Below are positions 51,718 to 63,234 of a stretch of DNA of 64,000 bases, in pieces. This DNA is from Phenylobacterium sp. (GTDB taxonomy: Bacteria > Pseudomonadota > Alphaproteobacteria > Caulobacterales > Caulobacteraceae). Location of the stretch: the NCBI RefSeq assembly GCF_020402585.1, contig NZ_JADBZH010000125.1; one strand, given 5' to 3'. Every line of letters starts with the position of its first letter. Within the stretch, counting starts at the first letter, position 1. The position numbers and the translations under genes are program-made. A model generated the notes under the pieces. The model did no database searches. It saw only the letters and a list, made by a program, of their open reading frames with translations, and was not told where the DNA came from.

Positions 51718-53055
51718 TTGCAGAACCTGGTCGAGGCCGTCGAGAAGCTGGATCCGCTGGTCGTGACCGGACGGGTCGCAGCGGTTTCCGGCCTTCTTAT
51801 CGAGGCCCGGGGCGGGATGACCCGGCTGGCCGTCGGCGCCCGGGCCGAGATCCAGCGAAGAGGCGCTTCGCCTCTCCCGGCGGAAGTGGTGGGCTTCCGG
51901 GACTCCCGGGCCCTGTTGATGCCCTTCGGTCCCGTGGAGGGGGTTGCCCCTGGCGCCGCGATACACATCGAGCCCGACGGGGCCAACGTCCGGCCCACAA
52001 CGGCCTGGCTCGGCCGGATCGTCAACGCCTTCGGGGAGCCCATCGACGGCAAGGGCCCGCTTCCCCAGGGGCTCGCCGCCTATCCGCTTCGCGCGGCGCC
52101 TCCCCCCGCTCATGCGCGCGACCGTGTCGGAGCCCGGCTGGACCTCGGCGTCCGCTCCATGAACGTCTTCACCACCTGTTGCCGGGGGCAGCGCCTCGGG
52201 GTCTTCGCAGGGTCCGGCGTCGGAAAGTCCGTTCTTCTCTCCATGTTGGCCCGACAGTCAGAGTGCGACGCCGTCGTGGTGGGCCTGATCGGGGAGCGGG
52301 GCCGTGAGGTCCGGGAGTTCATCGAGGAAACCCTGGGCGAGGAGGGCCTGAAGCGCGCCGTTGTCGTTGTCGCCACGTCTGACGAGCCTGCGCTGAAGCG
52401 CCGCCAGGCCGCCTACATGACCCTGGCCATCGCCGAGTACATGCGCGACCAGGACCTGGAGGTCCTTTGCCTGATGGACTCCGTGACGCGTTTTGCGATG
52501 GCCCAGCGCGAGATCGGCCTGGCGGCGGGGGAGCCGCCGACGACAAAGGGCTACACCCCGACGGTGTTTACTGAACTGCCCAAGCTCCTGGAGAGGGCTG
52601 GTCCGGGGCCGATCCGCCCTGACGGGACCCGAGGCGGGCCCATCACGGGCCTGTTCACCGTCCTGGTGGACGGGGATGATCACAATGAGCCGATTGCAGA
52701 CGCCGTTCGAGGTATCCTCGACGGGCACATCGTCATGGAGCGCGCCATTGCAGAGCGGGGCAGGTTCCCAGCCATCAATGTCCTGAAGTCCATCAGCCGG
52801 ACCATGCCCGGCTGCCAGGACACGAGGGAGCGCCAGATTGTCCGGGATGCGCGACAGGTTCTTTCGGCCTACACCAACATGGAAGAGCTGATCCGGATCG
52901 GCGCCTACCGGACCGGGTCCGACCCGCTCGTCGACCGGGCGATCGCCCTGAACCCGGCGGTGGAAGCCTTCCTCGGTCAGGACAAGGACGAGGTCACGAG
53001 TCTTCCTGACGCCTTCTCGCGCCTCGAACAGATTCTCGCCGGCGGCGCCCCGTGA
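51718..53055 (+). CDS. fliI: Flagellum-specific ATP synthase FliI
   Basis: Walker A GSGVGKS and Walker [10 protein letters not shown]. The TTG at 51718 is preceded by GGGAGG at -7; an alternative TTG lies at 51673. Confidence 0.93.
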   Translation: MQNLVEAVEKLDPLVVTGRVAAVSGLLIEARGGMTRLAVGARAEIQRRGASPLPAEVVGFRDSRALLMPFGPVEGVAPGAAIHIEPDGANVRPTTAWLGRIVNAFGEPIDGKGPLPQGLAAYPLRAAPPPAHARDRVGARLDLGVRSMNVFTTCCRGQRLGVFAGSGVGKSVLLSMLARQSECDAVVVGLIGERGREVREFIEETLGEEGLKRAVVVVATSDEPALKRRQAAYMTLAIAEYMRDQDLEVLCLMDSVTRFAMAQREIGLAAGEPPTTKGYTPTVFTELPKLLERAGPGPIRPDGTRGGPITGLFTVLVDGDDHNEPIADAVRGILDGHIVMERAIAERGRFPAINVLKSISRTMPGCQDTRERQIVRDARQVLSAYTNMEELIRIGAYRTGSDPLVDRAIALNPAVEAFLGQDKDEVTSLPDAFSRLEQILAGGAP

Positions 53056-53477
53056 GCTGGGAGCAGAGCCTCATCCGGATTGCCGGCTACGAGGTGGAGA
53101 CCCGCCAGAAGCGCCTCGCCGAGGTCGTGGCTCGACGTGAGGCCGCAGAGATGAGGCTGGTGATGCTGGATGCCGAGATCGAGGCGGAGGTCGCCTACAT
53201 CCGGAGCGATCCCCTCGCCACCTTTCACCAGGCTGGGTACATGGCAGGCTGCAAGGAGCGGCGGATCCGTTTCCTGAGCGACATCGACCGGGTGGCGGCG
53301 GAGGAGGCCGGCGCCCGCGACGCGCTGGCGGAAGCCTTCGAGTCCCAGAAGAAGTACGAGCACGTGGCGGCGGACATGGCCCGTCGCAAGGCGAAGGAGG
53401 CCGCGCGCCGGGAAACCGCCGAGCTGGACGAGCTCGGCGTTCGCCAGGCGAGCCGGCCCCCGGCCGGCGGCGTCTGA
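53052..53477 (+). CDS. fliJ: Flagellar export protein FliJ
   Basis: 141-aa coiled-coil protein overlapping the fliI stop (GTGA). The position is conserved after fliI. Confidence 0.8.
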   Translation: MSWEQSLIRIAGYEVETRQKRLAEVVARREAAEMRLVMLDAEIEAEVAYIRSDPLATFHQAGYMAGCKERRIRFLSDIDRVAAEEAGARDALAEAFESQKKYEHVAADMARRKAKEAARRETAELDELGVRQASRPPAGGV

Positions 53478-53480
53478 GGA

Positions 53481-53852
53481 TCAGTCGCGGGACGGTGCGT
53501 TCAGCTCGGGATCGTTTGCCCGGCGCAGAGCGTGAATGTCGTCGCTGAGGCGGAAGAGGGCGACATAAAGCTCACAGAAGGCCCGCCAGAGCAGGGCCAG
53601 CACCCCGATTACCAGAGCCCCGCCGACGAGGACGCCCATTCCCAGAAGGAAGCCGAAGGGTGACTGCTCGCGGATCGCGACGCCGACCGCTGTCCCGATG
53701 AAGCCGAAGCCGACCAGGGCCGTGATCCCCAGGCCCGCCCAGTAAATGAGGTGGATCACCTGCCGGGTCATGAGGGTTTCGAAGGACATCAGGTCCCAGA
53801 GCATGTCTGGCGTGAACTTCGCCGGCCGGCTGTTCGGTTTCAGATCAAACAT
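53481..53852 (-). CDS. DUF4282 domain-containing membrane protein
   Basis: FETLMTRQVIHLIYWAGLG... with hydrophobic helices; 123 aa. Confidence 0.7.
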   Translation of the reverse strand: MFDLKPNSRPAKFTPDMLWDLMSFETLMTRQVIHLIYWAGLGITALVGFGFIGTAVGVAIREQSPFGFLLGMGVLVGGALVIGVLALLWRAFCELYVALFRLSDDIHALRRANDPELNAPSRD

Positions 53853-53952
53853 CAGCTTTCCATGTGCTGGACGTCGCCGGCGCGGGAGGGAAACTCGCTA
53901 GCAGTCCCTCGGGCAGCCTGCAACATGGCCTGCGGAATCCCTTGGCCTCGCA

Positions 53953-56052
53953 TCAGATCACGCCGACCGTCTTCAGACGGGCCCTCGGGTGGACCTCGTT
54001 CTGGCTCATGACCGGCGTCTGGCCCCGGAACCGCTCAATGAGCGACCGGACATAGGGGCGAATGCCAGGGCTCGTCAGCAGGACCGGCGAGTCGCCCACC
54101 TGTGCAGCGCGCTCGAAGGCGTCGCCCACCGCACGGATGAACTCCTGCAGCCGGGACGGCGCCATGGAGAGCTGGCGATCCTCGCCGTTGCCCACCAGGG
54201 ACTCAGCGAAGGACGTTTCCCAGTCCGGGGAGAGGGTGATGATCGGCAAGGCGCCGTCGTCGCCGCGGTGGGCGAAGCAGAGCTGGCGGGAAAGCCGTGT
54301 CCTGACCTGCTCGACCAGGTTGGTCAGCGAGGCGCTGTGCGGCGCGGCCTCGCTCAGGCCTTCCAGAATGGAGGGCAGGTCCCGGATCGACACGCGTTCG
54401 CGGAGCAGGGCCTGGAGAACACGCTGGATCGTCGTGACGGACACGACCGAGGGGATGATGTCGTCCACCAGCTTCTTCTGCTCGTTCGGCAGTTCCCGAA
54501 GCAGCTTCTGGACCTCCGCATAGGAGAGCAGGTCCGGCATGTTGTCCTTCAGGATCTCGGTCAGGTGCGTGGTCAGGACCGTCGACGGATCGACCACGGT
54601 GTACCCCCGGAAGGTCGCCTCCTCGCGGAGTCCATCCTCAATCCAGGTGGCTGGCAGGCCAAAGGCAGGCTCCCGCATGTGCTCGCCGGGAAGCTCCACC
54701 TGCCCGCCACGGGGGTCCATGGCCATCAGCGAGCCAAGCCGCACCTCTCCGGCGCCAGCCTCCAGCTCCTTGATGCGGATGAGATAGCCTTGCGACGCCA
54801 GCCGCATGTTGTCGAGGATGCGCACGGGCGGCATCACGAAGCCATACTCGGCGGCCAGCGTCTTGCGCAGGGCCTTGATCTGGTCGGTGAGGCGTCTCCC
54901 CTCGAGGTCGTTGATGAGGGGCAGGAGTCCATAGCCCAGCTCGATCTTGATCTCGTCGATGGCCAGGGTCTGGCTGATTGGCTCCTCGACATCCTGCGGT
55001 GGAGCGCTGGTGTCCTCCACGCCCAGGACGTCCTCAAGTCGGGACCCGGCGGATCGTTTCCAGGCGAGCACGGCGGCGCCGACGGAGAGCAGGACGAAGG
55101 GAATGATCGGCATGCCCGGGATCAGGGCGATGACGCCGGAGGCGGCGGACACCATTCCGAGGCTGATGGGGTTCATCGCCAGCTGGGTGACCAGGGCCTG
55201 GTCGGTGGAACCGTCCACGCCGGCGTTCGAAACCAGGAAGCCGGCGGCGATCGAGATGATCAGGGCCGGGATCTGGGTAACCAGGCCATCGCCGATGGTC
55301 AGGACCGTGTATGTCGAAGCGGCGTCGCCCAGCGGCATTCCGTGCTGGAAGGTGCCGATCAGGATTCCGCCGACGACGTTGATCGCGACAATGATGAGGC
55401 CGGCGACGGCGTCTCCGCGAACGAACTTCGAGGCGCCGTCCATGGAGCCGAAGAAGGTCGATTCCTGCTCCAGCTCCTTGCGCCGGCGACGCGACTCGTC
55501 CTGGTCGATCAGGCCGGCCGAGAGGTCGGCGTCGATGGCCATCTGCTTGCCGGGCAGGGAATCGAGGGTGAACCGGGCGGCCACTTCGGCGATGCGCCCG
55601 GAACCCTTGGTGATCACCACGAAGTTCACGATCACCAGGATGGCGAAGACAATGATCCCGATCGTGAAGTTGCCGCCGGTCATCAGCCGGCCAAAGGCCT
55701 CGATCACCTGTCCCGCGCCGTGCACGCCCTCGTGGCCGTGGGCGAGGATCAGCCGGGTCGACGCGATGTTGAGGGCGAGGCGGAACAGGGTGGTGACCAG
55801 GAGGACGGTCGGGAATGAGGTGAATTCCAACGGCTTCTTGATGAACAGCGAAGTCATCAGGATCAGGATGGAAGAGGCCAGGGAGATGGCCAGCAGAGCG
55901 TCCAGCAGGAAGGCTGGAACGGGCAGGATCAGAAGTACGATGACCGCGACGACGCCCAGCGCCAGCGCAACCTCTCCCCGCGCCAGCCACTTGATGACCA
56001 GGGCCGGGGTAATTCGTTGCGAGGTGCGCCCCGGGAGGATCGTGTCGGTCAC
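53953..56052 (-). CDS. flhA: Flagellar biosynthesis protein FlhA
   Basis: 699 aa; N-terminal 8-TM export gate domain and C-terminal cytoplasmic domain. Confidence 0.96.
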   Translation of the reverse strand: MTDTILPGRTSQRITPALVIKWLARGEVALALGVVAVIVLLILPVPAFLLDALLAISLASSILILMTSLFIKKPLEFTSFPTVLLVTTLFRLALNIASTRLILAHGHEGVHGAGQVIEAFGRLMTGGNFTIGIIVFAILVIVNFVVITKGSGRIAEVAARFTLDSLPGKQMAIDADLSAGLIDQDESRRRRKELEQESTFFGSMDGASKFVRGDAVAGLIIVAINVVGGILIGTFQHGMPLGDAASTYTVLTIGDGLVTQIPALIISIAAGFLVSNAGVDGSTDQALVTQLAMNPISLGMVSAASGVIALIPGMPIIPFVLLSVGAAVLAWKRSAGSRLEDVLGVEDTSAPPQDVEEPISQTLAIDEIKIELGYGLLPLINDLEGRRLTDQIKALRKTLAAEYGFVMPPVRILDNMRLASQGYLIRIKELEAGAGEVRLGSLMAMDPRGGQVELPGEHMREPAFGLPATWIEDGLREEATFRGYTVVDPSTVLTTHLTEILKDNMPDLLSYAEVQKLLRELPNEQKKLVDDIIPSVVSVTTIQRVLQALLRERVSIRDLPSILEGLSEAAPHSASLTNLVEQVRTRLSRQLCFAHRGDDGALPIITLSPDWETSFAESLVGNGEDRQLSMAPSRLQEFIRAVGDAFERAAQVGDSPVLLTSPGIRPYVRSLIERFRGQTPVMSQNEVHPRARLKTVGVI

Positions 56053-56063
56053 CGTTCAGCTCC

Positions 56064-57431
56064 TCAGGCCGCGCTTGCGCCCATCTGCGGGGCCGGCACG
56101 CTCACGCCCGCCTCGGAATACTCCTTCAGCTTGTTGCGAAGGGTCCGGATGGAGATGCCGAGAATATTGGCGGCGTGGGTGCGGTTGCCGAAGCAGTGTT
56201 CCAGGGTGTCGATGATCAGCTGCTGCTCCATGGCCGCCACGGTCTGGCCCACAAAGCCGCGGGCCACGGCCTCAGCCGCGCTAGCCGCAGCCTGCGCCGT
56301 CCTTACGGCGGGATCGGCGGGACCGAGGGGCTGGCCATCCGGAAGCCGGATCGCGGATTCATCGATCTCGGGACCGCTGGCCAGGAGGACCGCCCGGTGC
56401 ATGGCGTTCTCCAGCTCACGGACATTGCCGGGCCACCGGTGCGCCAGAAGCCTTCGCCGCGCCTCCGAGGACAGAGACTTGGCCTGAACGCCATTGGCGG
56501 CGGCGTACTTGCGGATGAAGAAGTCCGCCATGGGCAGCACGTCCCCCGGACGCTCCCGAAGGGGCGGGAGCCGCAGGTTGACCACGTTCAGGCGGTACAG
56601 GAGGTCCTCCCGGAAGACACCCTCGCGGACCGCCTGGACCAGATCGCGGTTGGAGGTCGCAAGGATGCGAATGTCCACCTTGACGGGCTGGGAGCCGCCC
56701 ACGCGGTCGATCTCCCGTTCCTGGATGGCCCGGAGCAGCTTGGCCTGGAGGCGGGCGTCCATCTCGGAGATCTCATCCAGCAGCAGGGTGCCGCCGTTGG
56801 CCTCCTCAAACTTACCTATGCGGCGCGCCAGGGCGCCCGTGAACGCACCCTTCTCGTGACCGAACAGCTCGCTCTCAAGGAGGTTCTCGGGGATGGCTGC
56901 ACAGTTCACCGAGATGAAGGGCTTGCCGCTCCGGCGCGACTTCAGGTGCACGTGGCGGGCGACGATCTCCTTGCCCGATCCGCTTTCGCCGGTGATCAGG
57001 ATCGAGGCCTCTGAGGGGGCCACCTGTTCGGCCATGGCGATCACCGCCCTCATGGCGGCGTCTTCGGCGATCATCGGCCGGTTATCGTCGGAGACGGCCG
57101 CCAGCACGGCGGCGATCATCTCGGCGTCAGGCGGAAGGGGAATGAATTCCTTGGCTCCGGCGCGAATGGCGTCCGCCGCCTTGCGGGCGTCCGGATCCAC
57201 GCCACAGGCGACCACGGGCGCCCGGATGCGTTCCGCCTCGTTGGCGGCGATCAGGGCCCCGATGTCGAGATTGTAATCCACCAGCAGGAGGTCGGCGCCC
57301 TGCCCAGCGCGCAGGGCGTGGGTGGCGGCGGCGATGGTCTCCACGTGGCTGACCTTGGCCCCCTGGGACATGGCCATCTTCACGGCTGTCGCCATTTGTC
57401 CGTTCAGTTGTCCGACGACCAGAAGTCGCAT
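56064..57431 (-). CDS. flbD: Sigma-54-dependent flagellar transcriptional regulator FlbD
   Basis: Receiver-like N-terminus, AAA+ domain with GESGSGKE and GAFTGA, and a C-terminal Fis-type HTH. Confidence 0.92.
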   Translation of the reverse strand: MRLLVVGQLNGQMATAVKMAMSQGAKVSHVETIAAATHALRAGQGADLLLVDYNLDIGALIAANEAERIRAPVVACGVDPDARKAADAIRAGAKEFIPLPPDAEMIAAVLAAVSDDNRPMIAEDAAMRAVIAMAEQVAPSEASILITGESGSGKEIVARHVHLKSRRSGKPFISVNCAAIPENLLESELFGHEKGAFTGALARRIGKFEEANGGTLLLDEISEMDARLQAKLLRAIQEREIDRVGGSQPVKVDIRILATSNRDLVQAVREGVFREDLLYRLNVVNLRLPPLRERPGDVLPMADFFIRKYAAANGVQAKSLSSEARRRLLAHRWPGNVRELENAMHRAVLLASGPEIDESAIRLPDGQPLGPADPAVRTAQAAASAAEAVARGFVGQTVAAMEQQLIIDTLEHCFGNRTHAANILGISIRTLRNKLKEYSEAGVSVPAPQMGASAA

Positions 57432-57461
57432 GTTTCCGTCTCCGTTACGTCAACCAGGTCC

Positions 57462-57797
57462 TCAGACCTGGGTGTCGCCGTCCTTGATGATTTCCGTCAT
57501 GGTCACGCCCAGGCGCTCGTCGACGATCACGACCTCGCCGCGCGCCACCAGGCGATTGTTGACGTAGATGTCGATGGCTTCGCCCACCCGGCGGTCCAGC
57601 TCGAGCACGCTGCCGGAGTTCAGCTGGAGCAGCTGTGAGACGCTGAGGGTGGCGCGACCCAGAACCGCCGAGATGGAGACCGGGACGTCGAAGATCGGGG
57701 CGAGGTCGCTGGCCGTCTTCTCCCCATCGTCGCCTCCGGTGGCGGCCGGGTTGCCGTCAGGGCCCAGCTCGTCGAGTTCCAGTTCGTTCTCGCTCAT
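57462..57797 (-). CDS. fliN: Flagellar motor switch protein FliN
   Basis: SpoA domain LSVSQLLQLNSGSVLELDRRVGEAIDIYVNNRLVARGEVV. Confidence 0.93.
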   Translation of the reverse strand: MSENELELDELGPDGNPAATGGDDGEKTASDLAPIFDVPVSISAVLGRATLSVSQLLQLNSGSVLELDRRVGEAIDIYVNNRLVARGEVVIVDERLGVTMTEIIKDGDTQV

Positions 57798-57803
57798 GAT
57801 GTC

Positions 57804-58454
57804 CTAGCCTTTCACGCCGGGATCCAGAGGTTCAGCATGCAGTCCCTCTGTCGCCAGGGCGGCCTTCAGGGTGTCCCAGATCCGCTGCGTCGCCGCGTCC
57901 GGGTCGTAGCTTGCCGATCCGTCCCCGAAATCGAGGGTGAACGCCGCGCTCGTGAGCCCGGCGTCGTCCCGGACGAGGATCTGTCCGGTGAAGCCCGCCG
58001 CGGCGGCCGTCGCCGAGAGAATTTCCTGCAGCCCTTCGGCTCGCCCGGGCGCCACGGTGACCATCAGCTTTGGCTCGGACTCGATCTCCCGCGCCAGACT
58101 CTCGAGGGCCTTCTGGAGGGCCGCTTGCGGAAACAGCTCCAGCACCTCGCCCGCGATCGCCCGGCCGCAGGCGAGGGCCAGGGCGGCGGAACCTTCCCGA
58201 TGCGCATGGGCGATACGGGCCAGCCCTCCCAAGCCCTCCTCGGCGCTTCGGGCGATCTCCGCAAGGGCGCGCGCCTGCAAGGCGGCCATCTCCCCCAGCG
58301 CCTTCTGCTCGCCCTCCGAGAAGGCCCGGGCGCGCAGGGCCTCAACCTCCTCGGCGGAAAAGAAACGCTTCTGCCGCGCCTTCGACTGGGTCACGTTGCC
58401 GCCGCCGTCGAAGACAGTGTCAAAGCCGAATTTTTCGAGGATGGGCTCGCTCAT
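57804..58454 (-). CDS. flbE: Flagellar assembly protein FlbE (FliH-like)
   Basis: Its position between fliG and fliN matches the Caulobacter fliF operon. Ala/Glu-rich FliH-like sequence. Confidence 0.75.
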   Translation of the reverse strand: MSEPILEKFGFDTVFDGGGNVTQSKARQKRFFSAEEVEALRARAFSEGEQKALGEMAALQARALAEIARSAEEGLGGLARIAHAHREGSAALALACGRAIAGEVLELFPQAALQKALESLAREIESEPKLMVTVAPGRAEGLQEILSATAAAAGFTGQILVRDDAGLTSAAFTLDFGDGSASYDPDAATQRIWDTLKAALATEGLHAEPLDPGVKG

Positions 58455-59488
58455 CAGTAGATCAGCTCATCATCGCCGCTGGAGCCTGCCAGCATGATCT
58501 CGCCCCTCTGGGCCAGGTCCTTGGCGCTCTGCACCATGGCCATCTGGGCCTGGTCGACGTCTCGCAGGCGCACCGGCCCCATATTCTCCATGTCCTCGCG
58601 CAGGATCCGCGCGGCGCGCTCCGACATGTTGGAGAAGAAGAGGTTCCTGAGGTCTTCAGAGGCGCCTTTCAGGGCCAGCCCCAGCTGGGCCTTGTCGACA
58701 GCCCTCAGCAGGGTCTGGACGCCGCCGGGATCCAGCTTGGACAGGTCCTCGAAGACGAACATCAGGGCCCGGATACGCTCGGCGCTGTCCCGATTGCGCT
58801 CCTCGAGGGCGGAGATGAAGCGGGTCTCGGTCTGCCGGTCGAAGGAGTTGAAGATCTCGGCCATCATTTCGTGGCTGTCGCGCTTGGAGGTGCGGGCCAG
58901 GTTCGACATGAACTCGGTGCGCAAGGTTTGCTCGATCTTGTCGAGGATCTCCCGCTGCACGGGTTCCATCCGCAGCATGCGGGTGACGCACTCCATGGCG
59001 AAGTCCTCGGGCAGGGCGCCGAGGACCCGCGAAGCGTGGTCTGGCTTGACCTTCGACAGCACCACCGCGACGGTCTGCGGGTATTCGTTCTTCAGGTAGT
59101 TGGCGAGAACTCCCTCGCTGACATTGCCCAGCTTGTCCCACATGGTCCGGCCGGCCGGACCCCGGATTTCCTCCATCAGGTTGTCGACCTTGTCGGGGTC
59201 GAGGAAGGAGGCGAGGAGGCGCTGGGTCTGTTCGAACGAGCCCATGACCGTGCCGCCGCCGGACACGTTTGAGATGAACTCGACGAGAAGGGACTCGACG
59301 ACAGAGGACTGGACGTTGCCCAGAGTGGCCATGGCCTGGGAGATCTCGCGGATCTCCTCTTCATCCAGCATCTGCCAGATGGCGGTATGCTCTTCGCCCA
59401 GGGTGAGGAGGACGATCGCCGCCTTCTCCGGCCCCGTCAGCTGGGAGGGGTCGGTGATCGGGCCTGATTTTGGTCCGCCCTTGCTCAT
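58454..59488 (-). CDS. fliG: Flagellar motor switch protein FliG
   Basis: 344 aa; conserved MFVFEDL and a C-terminal torque helix region. Confidence 0.95.
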   Translation of the reverse strand: MSKGGPKSGPITDPSQLTGPEKAAIVLLTLGEEHTAIWQMLDEEEIREISQAMATLGNVQSSVVESLLVEFISNVSGGGTVMGSFEQTQRLLASFLDPDKVDNLMEEIRGPAGRTMWDKLGNVSEGVLANYLKNEYPQTVAVVLSKVKPDHASRVLGALPEDFAMECVTRMLRMEPVQREILDKIEQTLRTEFMSNLARTSKRDSHEMMAEIFNSFDRQTETRFISALEERNRDSAERIRALMFVFEDLSKLDPGGVQTLLRAVDKAQLGLALKGASEDLRNLFFSNMSERAARILREDMENMGPVRLRDVDQAQMAMVQSAKDLAQRGEIMLAGSSGDDELIY

Positions 59489-61107
59489 GCGGACTGGTGC
59501 AGCCAGGTGCGGAGCATGGCCACGGACTCTTCAGGGTGCGATTCCACGAACTCGGCGACGCGCTTCACGGAACTGGCCTTCACCTGACCCTCGATCCGGG
59601 CGATCTCGATCCTCTGCTCCATTTCGGTCTGGTCAGGACCGGGAAGAGCGAGGGGCTCGCCGGTCGAGGGATCGACCGGAAGCATCCGCGGCCCGTCAAC
59701 CGTGGTCACCAGCCGTGTCACGCCGCCCCGGGGGCCTGCGCCGCCGCCAAACAGCGGGCGGACGACGAAGAAGATGGTCAGCAGAGCGACGATGAACAGG
59801 ATCACCCACTGGATGATCTGCATGATGTCGTTCTTGTCGAAGCCCATGAGGGGGTTGGCTGCGACCACGCCGCCGCCCAGGCCATCCGCGCTGGGGAACT
59901 GGACGTTGATCACCGTCACCTGGTCACCGCGCTGCTGGTCGAAGCCGACGGCGGTGCGGACCAGTTGCTCGATCCGCTGCATCTCCGCCGCTGGGCGCGG
60001 GGTGTAGGCGCCAGGCTTGCCGTCCTCGCCGGCGGGGGCGGTGACGCCGTCCACGGCGACCGCCACGGACAGGCGCTTGATCTGGCCGGGCTCCTTCACC
60101 TCGGTGCGGACAGTCTTGGAGATGTCGTAGTTCGTGGTGGTGCCCGTACGACCGGAGGTCGACGCGATCAGTCCGTCGGGATTGGCCGGCGCTCCCGGGA
60201 TGTTGGCCGCCGCCGTCACCTGCCCCGTCTGGTTCGGTTGGTTCTCGTTGGCGTTCTCCTCGCTGGTCGTCTCAGAGCGAACCACCTGACCGTCCGGGTC
60301 GTAGGTCTCTTCCTGGATGGTGACCTGGGACAGGTCGAGTTCCGCAGTGACATTGACCCGCGCCTTCCCCTGGCCGACCACGCCCTCGACCATGGTCTTC
60401 ACGGTCTTGGCGATCCGCGCCTCAACGGCGGACTTTCGGCCATCCGCAGCCATGGCGTCGCCTTCCGCGCCCCCCGAGAGGGTCTTGGCGTGCTGGTCGA
60501 CCACCGTGACCCGCTCAGGCTTCATGTTCGGCACGGCGCCGGCCACCAGGTTCTGGATGGCGCGGACCTGTTCCGGCGTCGGCTCACGCGCGCCGACGCC
60601 GATGCTGACCGATGCGGACGGCTGCTGGATCTCGTCCTCGAAGAGCTCCTTCTTCGGCAGGACAAGATGGACACGGGCGGAGGTGACGCCCTCCAGGCTC
60701 TGGATGGTGCGGGCCAGTTCGCCCTCAAGGGCCCTCTGGCGATTGAGTTGCTGGACGAAGTCCGTCTGTCCCACAACGCTGGACTGATCGAAGATCTCGT
60801 AACCGACGGACCCGGCGGTGGGCAGGCCCTCGCCCGAGAGAAGCAGGCGGGTGGAGGCGACCTGATCGCGTGCGACCATGATGGTCGAGCCGTCCCCCTT
60901 GGCCTCATAGCGGATGTTGGCCTGATCCAGCGCCTGGGTGATCTGTCCGGCCTCCTTGAGGTCCAGATTGGAGTAGAGCAGGGCGTTGGGCTGACCCAGG
61001 TTCATGAAGACCGCCGCCATAGCCGCGACGATGCCCACGCCGATGCCTGCGAAGGCGGCGAGGCGCCCCAGGCCAAATCTCTGCAGGGCGGCGAAGATCC
61101 CGTTCAC
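59485..61107 (-). CDS. fliF: Flagellar M-ring protein FliF
   Basis: 540 aa; N-terminal TM, RBM domains, and a second TM near the C-terminus. Overlaps the fliG start. Confidence 0.95.
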   Translation of the reverse strand: MNGIFAALQRFGLGRLAAFAGIGVGIVAAMAAVFMNLGQPNALLYSNLDLKEAGQITQALDQANIRYEAKGDGSTIMVARDQVASTRLLLSGEGLPTAGSVGYEIFDQSSVVGQTDFVQQLNRQRALEGELARTIQSLEGVTSARVHLVLPKKELFEDEIQQPSASVSIGVGAREPTPEQVRAIQNLVAGAVPNMKPERVTVVDQHAKTLSGGAEGDAMAADGRKSAVEARIAKTVKTMVEGVVGQGKARVNVTAELDLSQVTIQEETYDPDGQVVRSETTSEENANENQPNQTGQVTAAANIPGAPANPDGLIASTSGRTGTTTNYDISKTVRTEVKEPGQIKRLSVAVAVDGVTAPAGEDGKPGAYTPRPAAEMQRIEQLVRTAVGFDQQRGDQVTVINVQFPSADGLGGGVVAANPLMGFDKNDIMQIIQWVILFIVALLTIFFVVRPLFGGGAGPRGGVTRLVTTVDGPRMLPVDPSTGEPLALPGPDQTEMEQRIEIARIEGQVKASSVKRVAEFVESHPEESVAMLRTWLHQSA

Positions 61108-61227
61108 GGTCCGCAGTCTCCCACCGCCGGCCGCAGGGTGTGCAGTTCCTGCCGACGTGTAGGCAGGATTTACCCAGTAGTTGGTAAATGAGACGTTTAC
61201 GCGGTCGTCAGATGCGAGGGCCCCAGC

Positions 61228-63234
61228 CTAGCCGGCCCAGGGGGAGAGCCCACCCCAGAGGCCGAGCAACAGGCTGAAGGCCAGGGACACCACAACGGTC
61301 GCCGTGAACCCGGCGCGCCGCAAGGGGGTCCAGCTGTCGAGCCTTCGGCCGCTGCGGAGCACAAGGGGCAGCAGGGCGGCGTTGGCCACCGTCAGCAAGG
61401 TCGCCACGAGGGCGCAGGCCGAAGCGGCCAGGGGCAGGAGTCCTGGCCAGTCGAAGATGAGGTCGCTCTCCTTCGTCAATGCGACCCAGGCCACGGAAAG
61501 GGCGATCGCGGAGAGCCAGAGAATGGACTGAAGGCCCTGGAGCACTCCTGCGCGGGCCTGGATGTGGGTCTGGCGGAAGTCCCGGCGGTTGCGGAAGACG
61601 GCGAAGGCGAGGGTCAGGAGAGCGGCCAGCCCGGTGGCGACCGCCGCAGCCGCCAGCAAGCCCCGTCCGCTCCAGAAGGGCGTCCGCTCATAGGTCTGGG
61701 TGTTGAGTGACGTCAGGATGTGACGGGTGCGTCCGCCTTCGAGAACAAAGACGCGCCGGTCCCATCCGGTCTCCGATATGAAACGCCCGGCGTTCGCAGG
61801 TCCTTCCGGGACCCAGGACTGCAGGCGCCCACCCTCCCGGGTGATCAGCCGGCCATCGGGGGTCACCTCCACCCGAAGCTCCCCGGTCAGGCGCTCGAGC
61901 ATCCCCTCAAGCCCGGAGTAGGCCCTCCGGGTCCCAAGAAACCGCCCCTCGTAGAGCCGCCGGTAAGCGTAGAGCTCGGGCGACGGCGCCCGGGGCCAGG
62001 CGGCGGGTCGCCCGGTGATCTCCTCCACCACGCGTGAGGCCAGCCTCTGGGTCAGGGCCCGGCCCGTGCTTGTATTGGTGCTGATGAAGATGCCGAGCCC
62101 GAGTTCTGGCACAAGGGTCATGTTGGTCATGAAGGTCAGGGTGGCGCCGTCATGGCCGAATCCCGAAAGACCGCCGGGCAGGGCATAGGCGATGAAGCCG
62201 TGGCGCCACCCGTTCACCCCCGCCGGGGTTTGCCGAAGCGGGGTCTGAAGCGCCCGCGCCGTGAGGTCGCCATAGACCCGCGCCTCGCCGACCCGACCAC
62301 CGTCGAGAAGGGCGATCATGTAGCGCGCCATGTCATCCGCCGTGGATGAGGCCGACCCGGCCGGGGCGATCTGGCCGATGTACTCGAAGGGCTCAGGCCG
62401 GAAGGCAAAGCCATTCCAGGAGAATCCCTCCGACAGGTCCGCGGCCAGTCGCGGCGCCATGGGCGCCGGCAGGTCGGCGCGCCCGGGCCGCGGCTCGCGG
62501 AAGGTGGTGCGGCCCATGCCGAGAGGTTCGAACAGGGCGTCCTCCGCCAGCTGTTCGAAGGTCTTGCCTGAGACCCAGGCCGCCGCCTCTCCAGCCAGCG
62601 CAACGCCATAGTTGGAGTAACTGGAGACCAGCCCTTCCGCACGAACCCTCCGGGGCCGCTCTTGCTGCAGATAGGTGACGAGCGGCCGGACCCTGGCCGG
62701 GTCGCGTTCGAAGAGGTGCCCCAGGGCGCGGTCTTCGAAGCCGCCCGAGTGTGACATCAGGCTCCGCAGGGTCACCGGTCGGGTAAAGCCCTGGTCGCGA
62801 ACCTGCACGGCCTCCGGCAGGAAGAGATTGACCGGCGCATCCAGCCTCAGGCGCCCAGCCTCTGTCTCCTTGAGCACGGTGAGCCAGGTAAAGGTCTTCG
62901 AGACCGAACCCAGGCGGAACAGGGTCCGGTCCGGGTCAACGGGTCGCCGGGGCGAGAGCCCAGCCGCCCCGTAACCCTTCTTCAGGAGGACCTGGCCGTC
63001 CTGGACGATGGCGACAGTGGCTCCGACGATGTGGTCCTGGACGAGGGAGTCGCGGACAATCCCGTCGACATAGGCCTCGAGTTCCGCGACCGGCGGGGTC
63101 GACCGCTGGATCGCCGGCGGCGGGGGCGCCGCCCCCGGTGGCGAAGGCTGGGCCAGACCCTTGGCCGGCGAGACCAGCAGGGTGAGGCCCGCAAGGGTCA
63201 GGGCCACAAGGGCGGCTGTCCGGACCCAACTCAT
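61228..63234 (-). CDS. Serine hydrolase (beta-lactamase/PBP-like) fused to a C-terminal multi-TM domain
   Basis: Signal peptide, SxxK (GSVSKTF) and YxN (YSNYG) motifs, and ~5-6 TM helices in the last ~170 aa. Confidence 0.8.
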   Translation of the reverse strand: MSWVRTAALVALTLAGLTLLVSPAKGLAQPSPPGAAPPPPAIQRSTPPVAELEAYVDGIVRDSLVQDHIVGATVAIVQDGQVLLKKGYGAAGLSPRRPVDPDRTLFRLGSVSKTFTWLTVLKETEAGRLRLDAPVNLFLPEAVQVRDQGFTRPVTLRSLMSHSGGFEDRALGHLFERDPARVRPLVTYLQQERPRRVRAEGLVSSYSNYGVALAGEAAAWVSGKTFEQLAEDALFEPLGMGRTTFREPRPGRADLPAPMAPRLAADLSEGFSWNGFAFRPEPFEYIGQIAPAGSASSTADDMARYMIALLDGGRVGEARVYGDLTARALQTPLRQTPAGVNGWRHGFIAYALPGGLSGFGHDGATLTFMTNMTLVPELGLGIFISTNTSTGRALTQRLASRVVEEITGRPAAWPRAPSPELYAYRRLYEGRFLGTRRAYSGLEGMLERLTGELRVEVTPDGRLITREGGRLQSWVPEGPANAGRFISETGWDRRVFVLEGGRTRHILTSLNTQTYERTPFWSGRGLLAAAAVATGLAALLTLAFAVFRNRRDFRQTHIQARAGVLQGLQSILWLSAIALSVAWVALTKESDLIFDWPGLLPLAASACALVATLLTVANAALLPLVLRSGRRLDSWTPLRRAGFTATVVVSLAFSLLLGLWGGLSPWAG

